Assembly: GCA_040954595.2 (NCBI GenBank) | Contig: CM082579.2 | Span: 9,971,625 to 10,035,624, forward strand | From: Balanoglossus misakiensis | Lineage: Eukaryota; Animalia; Hemichordata | Length of the DNA: 64,000 bases | Reading direction: 5' to 3' | Shown here: positions 11,001 through 23,063 of the stretch, in pieces | Position numbering within the stretch: position 1 is the stretch's first letter | Layout: the number at the start of each line of letters is the position of its first letter | Program-made: the position numbers and the translations under genes | Notes under the pieces: generated by a model | The model's input: only the letters and a program-made list of their open reading frames with translations | Databases searched by the model: none | What the model was told of the DNA's origin: nothing

Positions 11001-14000
11001 CAAGACCACATAGCCTGAGGAAATAAGCGTTAATGTGCAATTGTACAGATAATGACATTTGAGTACAACTGATTGATTTTAAAGATATACGTACCACAGA
11101 CTATGCCAAGTGATTGCGGATACGATCTCAACTCATAGCCAGGTGGACAGAGACCCCTGTTGTTGATCATTGGGACGTATTCTACAAGAAATCAAAACAT
11201 AAATCAACATAATTGATATAATAATATATAACAAACGGTTATCTAATTTAAACGTTAAAAAGAGAAGGATCTCTGGCAGCGAACGAATTCTCATGCAACT
11301 ATTAAAACTGTACAACCGAGCTAATTACAGTAATTTCACGCTTTCTGAGATTGAAAATCATTCATGCTATCCCAAAACAACGACTGGGCTGAATGGTTCA
11401 CTACAGAGCAAAATATCGTTGTACTTGGGGAGAATGTGCTATTTCTGTCGTTGTTTGACCGAAACAAAACAAAACAAAACAAAACAAAACAAAACAAAAC
11501 AAAACAAAACAAAACAAAACAAAACAAAACAAAACAAACAAAACGATAAATAAGTCGAGTGTGTACGTAGACTACATGCAGTGTGCTGAGAGTTTTACAG
11601 AGTTTATTACCATGCAATTATCCCAAAATAGTTCCAATCGTGTTAATTCCCATACCTGTGCAGTCAGGCACCGTTTGACTTGGCGACCATGTTCCATCAG
11701 CCCCGCACATGTACAGGTTCGTTGAGTTGGCAGCATAGAAGACATAGCCGTCGTTGCACCTCGGGTTGCATATCTGACCGTACAGCCACTCGGCACAGTC
11801 GGGGACGCCGTTCATTGGCCCGTCTGGCTGTCCACAACTGGTAGCTGAAAGTGACGGTGGCAAAAAAAATTTACATGAGATATCAGCAATGCTCAGCTCT
11901 ATGCAATCGTGCGCTTGTAAAAATGGCAATTTTAGCGTAAAATGATTGAAAATACATTGTGGTCTTTCTTGACATTGGTAATATCATGGCAACAGGGTCA
12001 TTGACTTACGTTCGATTGCTATGGTGAAGGAGCATTCGGCCGCATTGTTTGCTGCGTCCTTGACAACGTAAACAACGTTGTAAACGCCCCATGTAAAGGC
12101 ACCACCGGGGTCCTGTAAAATAATCAAACCCAAAGCGTTTCTAAAGTGTTAGCAAAGTCTCACCACAGCAACGGCGGTTTTGGGCTTAAACCCCGGTGCG
12201 GGGTATAAAAGACCCCCCAAATCAGTAGCGAATCTTAATGCCGTTTGACTGACAACAGACAACACCAACGATTTTGGCTCTATGAAAATCGGCCCAAACA
12301 GGTCCAAGCATAAAGAATTACACCACACAACGACAGCAGTTGGCTTTATAAACACACACAACATAAAGTTATCGACGAAAAAGTACACGAGCTTTTGAAA
12401 CAACGATGATTTTGGGAAAAATCTGGTTTCAGTGCTTTTCAGAAGCGTCCCTGTGAAACAATAACCACGCCATTCAAACAGCTGTCAATCGCGTAGAGGT
12501 GTAAACTGTTCAATTATTTTCTGTGTACATGAGAGCAATTACACAGTCATTATGCACGACGACCACTCCCAAATAAACAACTATACAAACACACGTTAAT
12601 CCGAACCCCAGGACTTTCCGCACCGGGGTTTAAGGGAATGAGTGGTTAGACAGAAATGCACAATGTCTTTGAAAAGTGTGGACTGCGCGCGTGATGATGG
12701 CAAATTCAGAAAGTGCGTCATGTGTCAAAATGTTACCTACCCTCGAACTCCATTCTTCAACAACGCCTACGTTATCTGTAAAGACTGGAACTTCCCACGT
12801 TATGTTCGTTGGATATTGGGTCCCAGTTTCAAAGTAAAGGGGCTCCGGGCAGTGGGCTGCCACTGGTGGTTCGTTATCTGTGAGAAATTGAAACAGTATA
12901 TCAACCAGAGAAGATTTTGCGTCTGGTGACACTGTTCCACTTACAGTTCAGAGAACTGATTCTTTTTTAAAGAAATCGTTTCAGAGATAACCATGTAACG
13001 TTGTGTGATCATGGAAGAAAACTTGACCCAAGCCTGTGTGTTACACAGTGCAGCACTAGTGTGTGTATCAATGTACATAGTTTTGCACGAACTTGAAGGT
13101 TAATTACATGCTGGATGGCAATTCTGAGGCTGTGTTGGCTATGCGTGTGAGAGAACCTGTATTGCGTATATCCTGCGCAAGTTCTACTGAAATTCACTCC
13201 AATGTTTGTAACTAACCAATGACATTGACGTTGACCACACAGGAAGCGTTCCTCGTCCCGTCGCCGCTGATGGCGGTATAGTGTACGGCCGTTCTACCAG
13301 CTGAAAACGTCGTGTTTGTGGTCGGGCGGTTCGCCCGGATGTTCTCCGTGTTGGCGACGGGGGATGGGATGGATGTGATGATGGAAGATGCGCCGGGTTG
13401 GAGGTCAACTGTAAGGTCATTGGCACATGTGATTGTTGGGTGTACATCTTCTGTAATGATAAATAAGTACATGCGGCAAAGTAAACCAAAACACGCATGT
13501 GTTATATATCCGTAGTATAGCTGTGTGGTGACTGCCTTGAGAATAGACAGACTCACAATATAAACACGTCACGTATGAAGGGGTTGTTGCAAATCACCTG
13601 TCACAGTAAATATTGGACTCTAAACCTAGCATTCCACTTTAGAAGCTGAAAACACTGTTTCATGGCCAAGTTTTAAATTGTGTTTAACTACCACATATCA
13701 TGGGTTTCAACGGATACGACGGCGTACATGCTACGGGGAGATGCTGCACTTTTTGTGAATGACTGCATGGAAAAATACCATTAGATTGTGAAATTGGGCT
13801 AAAGGCCAGGGGATTTAAGAAACTAAGAAACCTATGTCTGGCGCCTTCGCACATAACCCGTTTGGGGGAACGATTGTACACAGTGACCTAGATTAACAGA
13901 ATTCCCTTGTCGCGATAAATAAATTAATTTCTGTTCATAAATACGTTTTGTTTCAAAGTATGTTTTTACGATAGTGGATGACGTGCTTGGTAGTTTCAAA

Positions 14001-16737
14001 GAAAGTCCTCGTATCGTTAAGGTTCCCTTTTGGTAATAAACAGATTGAGATGCCTTTAGAATTTTGAGCGTGTAATAAAAAACAGATTACGCACGTTTGA
14101 CACAGGTTGCCGGTTCTTTGCTCCAGGTCCTGTCATACTGACACTTGGTCACCCTATTGCCAACCAACTCGTATCCATCGTTGCAGGCGAAGGTACACTG
14201 TGTGCGATATCGGCTTGGAGCGCCGCCGCACGACGCTGGCAGTATTCTTCCATTCTCCGGCGACTGAAGATTCGGACACACATTGCCTGTGGCGAGAATG
14301 CAGTATGGAATGTCAGTTTTCCATTTCGCAAGACGCCGCTCTTCTTTCATCGTTTCAAGACAAAAATATACGCTAGAGGTGCAACTCAATCATACTACCA
14401 CTAAAGTGGGGGTGTAAATGATAGCCAGGTGGTCATTTCCCAAGAGACACAACAACACACAATAATTTAAAAAAAATACTCTGAAATAAATTAATATTTC
14501 CAAGCGCAGACTTACGAGTGCAGGTAACTTCGGTGCCAGACCAATGACCGGTATTTTCGCAGGTCCGTTCTACAGTTCCAGAAAGTACGTGGCCTTTTAA
14601 ACAAGCGAATGTACACACGGTTCCCACTGACAAGAGAGATTATTATAGAATTACTATGGTTTTAGATGAATTTTATTGTCTTATTTCGTAGGTGCATTAC
14701 CAAAACTTGATTTTTTTAAAAGTGTGCGTCCGGTGCATATCAGAGGTTGTTGGATTTTGGCTCTGATGGACTACCTGATCACTCGATTGATTGATTGGTT
14801 GATCGATCGATCGATCGATCAAAAATTGATAATATCAGCCTACCAGAGAAATTATACACATGCTGCCCCTGGCCTGTCCACAAAGTTATGCCGCTAAGCT
14901 GTACGTTAGCCTAAGCGCGTTCCTATATCGTAGTTTTACGTCCAAAATTCTTGAATCTGCTTTATTCTACACTTATCGCTAGTGGCGCCCTAAAACCAGC
15001 ATTTGTACATGTACTTCAAATTACGGATACAGTGTCATATTTCAGAAAGTAAACAATCTATGCGTCTGTATCCGCGCCACTTTCCTGGAAGAGGGGGGGG
15101 GGGGCGTAAATCTTCTGCGTCTGCGTTATCCGTCTGAAACATCTCCTGTGTCCGCATGTACTTCCCGGTAATGTTGTCTAAATCTGTCCTTAAAACGACA
15201 TTCAACCTTGAAAACGGGAGGGGTGCAACCAGAGATTACAGCGACGTGTACATTTTCACGCTGTCTCGTCCGCTGTGACCTCACGCGGACAGTCATTCGG
15301 GGAATTCCATACTTTTTTTTCTCAGGGCCGTCAAAATAATTTAAATTCTAGACACACGGCTTATAAACAAAACGGAAGATAAACAAGCAGTATACTTCAT
15401 GCCAGTACAAATAGTTCACTCACCCACAAGCGGTTTGTTTGGATTTTGTCCGATACAGACTGCCTTAGGCTTGATCTTACCATGTGGTGGAATCGTAAAG
15501 GCATTGCACACCACCTCTGCGGGGAAAAAAATCAGAAGGCGACTCGTGAAGGACTGGCTGTTATAATTGAAAGGTGCGGTGCGTCTGCTGTGCACCACGC
15601 TGCAGAAACGCCACTGGTTGCGTCGCTAGTGCTCTCACTGTGGAGCCCGGGTTGAATAATTGAAAAGGTTGTAAGGGACAAACAGTCCAGTCGATTGTTC
15701 ACAGCCATAATATGAACAACGGTGTGATCCGTGTGTGTCTGAGGCGGGGATGATAAATGCCATGTTCTTCACTGACGAAGCATTGGGGGGAGAGCGGACG
15801 AGAGAGGAGGGGAAACAGATGGAGAAAATGGGGAGGGAGATGGGAGAGGGGATATGATGGAGAGAGAAGGGGGAGAGCGAGAGGAGATGGGAGAGAGGGG
15901 GACAGAGAGAGCATTGTAATTCAAATGATCTTACGTTCACAAGACTTTCCATCTTCACTGATGACGGATACCTCGTCACATTCGCAGAGATAACCACCCG
16001 GATAGTTGACACAACGTTGGCTGCAACCTCCATTATCTTCTTCACATTCATCAATATCTACACATAACCGACATTAGAACAAACCTCGGATGATATGGAC
16101 AAGTAAGCAATTCAAGCAATGTGCCAACAGGAGATTTAAGCTTGGTTATTAATTATACCAATCTAAAACAGTGACTATAAAAGACTGTGCGTAGTCATTT
16201 GATATCAATACATGCCTCGTGTATGATCTGACCCGTTGTACCTCGCAGAGTCTGTACACCACGGAATATTTTAAGCTTACATGTTCGTATATGTCTGTAT
16301 GTCAGTGGAGCTCTACCTGCTGATGTATAGTAAATTGGTCGATTTTACTACTTTACCGGTCTAGTGTTTTCTTGTTTTCTTTTGTCTGGGAAGGGACAAT
16401 GCCACGCAACGAAGTAGGTTTATATCAATAATCGACGCTCAACTTCGACTGTATGTGTCATGCCTAAACTTCAATGTCTATTTTACCTGCACACGTGTAG
16501 GGGTCGTCGGGATCGATGATGTATCCATCGTTACATGAGCATTCAAAGCCACCCACTGTGTTCCGACAGTTCTGTTCACACCCACCGCCATTGCGGCTGC
16601 ATTCATCGATATCTGCAGAAGAAATGTTCTGGGTGTCACTCTGATGAACTCAGTACCTCTGGAAGATTGTCACCCGATCTTGTTAATACAAAACAAGCCA
16701 GCCACCGACTGAACCAACCAACCATGCGAACAAATAC

Positions 16738-16814
<77 letters not shown>

Positions 16815-16863
16815 TAGATAGATAGACAGACAGACAGACAGGCAGACAGGCAGGCAGGCAGGC

Positions 16864-16894
<31 letters not shown>

Positions 16895-19800
16895 ACGACA
16901 GACAGAAACTACGTGCAATTTTCTCCACAGAAACTTTCAAAGTTTAGGTAAAATAATTGCAACAATATACAGATATACCAGTCTGATGATTTTCCGGTTC
17001 ATAATTCATAACCTCGCTGGCTGTACATTACGAATACCGTTTTCTGTACAATTACATTATCCACCTATGCATTAACCGTATATGCCGTAACAGTATTAAC
17101 ACATTTTCCTTTGGTGACAAATTTAATAGAAAATATGACAAATTTTAAATTTAGAAAGTCTTTATCAACACCAAGTTTACACTGTTTTACTAGTATTATT
17201 CTCACGTAGAAGACGTACATTTCACGAACTGTTCATTCCAATCAGCATTATCGTGTAATTTCAAGAGAAAGATAGACGCAAACTTTCCTAGATAAAAAGA
17301 GGGTAAATGTGTTCAATTAACCTGAATTGTCACCTACCAACGCACACTTTTAGGTCCGGCCACTGAAGTTGAAATCCATCGGGACACCCGCAATATGCAC
17401 TTCCAGGGGTGTTAACACACTCATCGGAACAGCCATTATTGTTGTTCTCGCATTCGTCAATATCTGTAACATCATCATGATGACGGAAATGTCAATTGCA
17501 TACAAAAATAAATCTCTATGACTTCATGGAATGGAAATTAGTGTTCAAGTTGTATGACAGACTTGTTGGACTGTGTTGTTGTATGGATGGTCATATGTTC
17601 GCTATGTTTACTTGAACCTTGGAAACCGATCAATTAAATAATAGGTCAATAGATTTATACACCTGTAAACAGATTAAAATTGACAACGAGAGCACATTGT
17701 TGCTTATAAAGCATCTGTCATGACATGACATGGCCGGGACAGAATGTGATGATACGTAACTATCTCGCCAAATAGAGTACTTGCACACCGCGCACTCTGA
17801 AACGCGATTGTGTAATGTGATATACGTTTTAACGCCTAACATACATAGGTTAACCTACCCTGCGTGGCGTAATAGCGTGACCTGATCTAACCATGGTCAT
17901 CTAGTACATTACCATGACCTGAGGCTGAAACCAGTCACCTGACATAATATAGTGGTATGAACTCGCCTTGACAAAACATGGCATGACAAGACCTGAACTC
18001 GCTCACCTCCACATAAAATGTTTTTCCCAGGGTCACCTTCAAATCCACTGTTACATACACAGTCGCTAATACTTGTTTTTCCAGGGCTTTCCGTATGGGA
18101 ATTGGCTGGACATTCTGTGCATTCATTTTCAGTGTCGCTCTTGTAGGAATTTATGCGACAACCTGCAACATGGAAACACAAAATTAGCAACATACAGAAA
18201 CGTGCTATACATTAGCACGTTTGTCCAGTACGAAATTTTAACAAAAAGTGTCACGTGTCAATCACTGAACACAGGCGAAAAAACATTATAATCTACACTG
18301 AGTGACGTCATACCTTCACATGTTCGTTCGTCGGGCAACAGTATGTACCCAGGGTTACAGGAACATCGATATCCACCGGGGAAATTGACACAGATGTGAC
18401 CACAAGTACTTTCATCAAGACACTCATTAATATCTGACGAAATGAAAAAAAGATTTAGGGGAATTTTATTCAAATAAGCAGGATCTCGATCGACGCAATT
18501 TCTGAGAAGTCGAAAACCGATCATTTGGGTTCGTTTGTTTTGATAATCTCTGGATACTCACCGACATTTAAAATCACACCAACATAAAAATGACATCCAA
18601 AACTAGATTTCCACCGTCATCATTTTACTACTCACCGCGAGAGGTCTTACAGAAAATGTTGTTTCTTCATAATTGTCTTACAAATTGAATGAAACTTTGA
18701 GAACAGCATTCTGCAAACGTGCACCTATAGCTGCAATGATGGTAGCGGGGGGGGGGGGGTGTGTGCTCCGATTGTCCGGGTTGCCGTGACAACGTCCTTC
18801 AGCAACCCCAGCTGCAATCACAGCATCTAACATGCACCACGCACTTAGGCATTGACATGGCATTGATTTCTTTCCACCACGTCCTTTTACCAACGCTGTT
18901 GTTGGGATATGCTAAAGTTATAATGTATATACCAACCTTCACACGCCATTCCGTCCCTTGCCAGCCGATAGCCCGGCTTAGTACAGGAACACCAGAAAGA
19001 ACCAGCAGTGTTGGCGCAGTACTGCTCGCAGGGACCAAGACCAGAATTCTCCGCGCATTCGTTGATGTCTGTGAAGATGACAATGATCTGAAGTGCATTT
19101 TCTCTCAACATATTACTGCATTATTTTGATCTGTGTTAATTCTTGGGAGAAAATTCAAAGTGGCGATTTTCATGAAAACCATGCAGACGGTGGCACGGAC
19201 ACCCCGTTTTCTTCTTTGCTTTCAAAAAGACTTCCCACACGCTATAATATATCAAGCAATTGGAAAGTTTGAAGAATTATAGTTTTTCTGAAAATCTGAC
19301 CGGGCGCGTTCTACCTTAAAGAAAACAAGATGATTACTGAGGTGGAACGTTAACTGAGTACTTTAAGTAGTACCAAATTCCACGCTGTGACAGCAAAGCT
19401 TAAACCACGATGCCACTATAAGCATGAAATTCCCTTTTACAATATGTGCATATTGGGATTTTGTCGACGTGTGTTGGTCTATATGATGCCAGGATCACGT
19501 GGGTTGAGTGACTCGGAAGTGTCAGCTTTATATACGAGAGGTAAAGTGACAGTTATTTTGAGCTTCGTATACAATGTCTAATTAAGCAAGTGACTTACCA
19601 ACACAGTGAATTCTATTCGGTGCCAGAGTGAAACCGGGCGGACACAAACAGTGGAATGAACCGCGCGTGTTCTCACACCCATGCGGACACAGTTGCTTAT
19701 AACGGGGAAGCAGACACTCGTTTCGATCTAAATTTGAGGAAAAATATCACAACCGAACATCAAAATATGACAGACAATTTGATCTTTTCTTTCGATTACA

Positions 19801-22800
19801 GTCGACTACCGGGTACTTTAAGAGGATTCAAGGTGTAGCCCAACGAACACGAAGACACGGAGATTACCATTAGCAAGAAAAATTATCACATGAAAATTAC
19901 TCACCAACACAGCTGTGTCGATCCTCTGACAACTCATACCCGCCACGGCAGAGACATGTGTAACTGCCCAAGGTGTTTCTGCAGCGGAATTCGCACCCGC
20001 CGTTGTTTTCCATACATTCGTCAATATCTGTTGTACAAACAATAGTAAAGGAATACAGTCACCTTTAATTCACATTATGACGATGCATGGCAAAAGGGCG
20101 CTTCCACGTGTATTTGCAGTGGTGGCTGATTCTACATCAGAGGCACTTGTAGTATTAAAGCATCGATGTCAATATTAAACATTGTTTTTACATTAAAATT
20201 TCATTGATTTGTACGTTCCACTTTCGTCATCTCAGTGACTTCCTTTAATGGGCCTCTAGCGCTTAAGTTGCAGCTCGATATAGGTTGCTGCAGGTCCCCA
20301 CCTAGCAACAGAGTCAACCAACAAAGCAATCATTCAATTTACCTGTGCATTGGCCATCATCCGCCATATAGAAACCAGTGTTGCACAGACAACGGTATGA
20401 TCCCACTGTGTTCACGCAAGTACCGTGGAGGCAGTCGGGTTGACTCTCGACACACTCATTCATGTCTGCAGAAATGAAAGACACCCTGCAGTCAAGTAAA
20501 TGAACGTAGCTGCTATATACGTTGTTGCAATATCAGCCATTATCTGTTAAAAATCGATGTATTCACTTCAGTTCCTGCAGATTTAACAGAAGATGGCTAC
20601 GGTGGCTTAGCCTTATAGGAAACTTCAGTTCGTACAACGATTTTTAAAACGACGTTTCACTGTTTAAGAAGTGATCAAACTGAAAGAACCACATCGACGA
20701 CTACAACTTTGTTGGAACCAAGCTGCCTTTGTCCGAGTGGTAGCCGATTGAGTAATTATGGATGTTAGCACATGATGCATAGTTAATTGGTTTGTTATAC
20801 AAACGTCATGATTGATTTGCTGTTTCATAGTATTGTATTCGATTACCTTCACATGTTATAGCGTCCTCTTTCAGTTTATATCCCTCTGGACACCCGCATT
20901 TGAATGTACCGATTCTGTTCTGACAGGTATGGCTACAAGGACCGTGACCGCCGTTATCCAAACATTCGTCAATGTCTGTGTAAAAGAACACAGGCATTTG
21001 TATTATCAATTATTCTGTTCTACAAAGTGTGATTTAACTGTCTATACCACCATCCTGTGGACAAAATTTTGCCGACAGTTGACAACACAATTCACGTCCA
21101 CGCCATTGCTACCACTGGAAAAGATGGCAAAATCAATATTGTGCGTTTTCGTGTCGAATGCTACTAACAGGTTTCTATGTATGAAACGAATATTATTACA
21201 GTGAGGTGACATGTCATCAATAATATTTACTTTGAGGATACCAGAGCTCTCAAAGTCGATGTTATACGGTAAATAAAACAGAGCGACTCTAAGTTGCGAT
21301 CCGGGAGGGACACTGTTGAATGAAATGACTTGCTATTGATTGTTCAGATGATAAATTTCTTTCAGTTACAAGCGACACCGTGAGAAAATGTGCTCGCGTA
21401 CCAACACAGTTACGTTGGTTCTCGAGTCGGTAACCATGGCGACAGACGCAGCGGGCTCTACCATTTTCATCGTGTTCACACTGATCTTGACATCCTCCGT
21501 TGTGGACCGAACACGGGTTCTCTGAAAAAGAAAGTCCCGATCAAAGGTTATTCCGGAAGACAACGTGTTTTTGTTATTCTTTACGGACCTCTATGAAGCA
21601 TCATCATTTTGGAACCGAAAAGGGATAACCACAGACTTGGCCTATAGCACAATGTTTAAATTCATGCAACATTTTCAGATTTGTTTTCAAAATTCAAATG
21701 TTTAAATTTGACGTCCCCCGGATCAGTGGCTAACAATTTCCATCACACTGTCTGAAAACACCCTGAACATTTAAGACAAGCGATGTTGATTGCTATATGT
21801 TACATTTTTTTCCAATTCTGCTGCCTGCCACGTGGTGTATTCACAGACGTGAGCAAAAAGCTGTGTGTTGTCATTTATAGATATGGATTCAACAAATAAT
21901 GCAGGTCGTTCGAATCGATTATCACAAAATAAAGACAAGCAATGGCGGTTCACCGTGTTCGCAGACAGGAGGAGAGCCTATCCACTGTCGTTGACTGCAG
22001 TAAAGTTCCGCATCTCCTTCCACTAGTCTGTACTGTGCGATGCAGATATACTTAGCCACATAGTAAAGATTGCCCAAGCTGTCTTCTCTGCGGGTATACG
22101 TGAACGTGGCGAGGCGAATCCGAGGGGCACCTTCACAATTTTGGCCGTCTTCGACTCGGTCCAACACATCATAATTACCAACATCAGTGTCAATTTCGGA
22201 TTCAGTATCTCCACCACCTTGCGGGACTTCTCCCTGCGAGTCACCCACTCCGCCGACCGGCACACACTCCGGGGTCGTGTCGTTCCATCGCTGGCCGTTG
22301 CAAAAGATAGCGCTGGATCCCCGCACTGTGAAGCCTTCGTAGCATGTGTACTGTATTACTTTGTTCCGGTGCTTTATCTGCGAGTATGCGTTCGTCACCG
22401 CAGGCGGTGGTGCACAACCAGTTTCTACACGTGACAAATTAACACATTTTAACTGTTAAAAGAACATGCATATACAAATACAGGTACAGAAATCACCCCT
22501 TAATCAGAACGTGCACCACACATGATGTAGGACTGCATTCTTGTATTATAACAGTACACATACAGTACACCGCACCACACCGAACACAGCACAACACAAC
22601 AGACCAAAACAGGGTACATCATGTCACTACAACACAACACAACACAACACAACACAACACAACACAACACAACACAACACAACACAACACAACACGACAC
22701 GACACGACACGACACAACACAACACAACACAACACAACACAACACGACACGACACAACACAACACAACACAACACAACACAACACAACACAACACAACAC

Positions 22801-23020
22801 AACACAACACAACACAACACAACACGACACGACACGACACGACACAACACAACACAACGCGAGCATGTTGTGCGTCACGGCAGGTTTAGGCAGCCATATC
22901 AGTATCACATGTAGCATATCATTGCTGGGATTCTGATCCCACTCGCCATGGAACCAAACGAAAATAGCGCAAACCCCTTTTAATTAAATGTACATGTACG
23001 TCAGAGTAAAATGGCTGACG

Positions 23021-23063
<43 letters not shown>

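Noticed and set aside
22500-22936. Cys-rich (CCVVL)n and (HNTTQ)n ORFs
   Set aside because: Translation of a pentanucleotide microsatellite in an intron.
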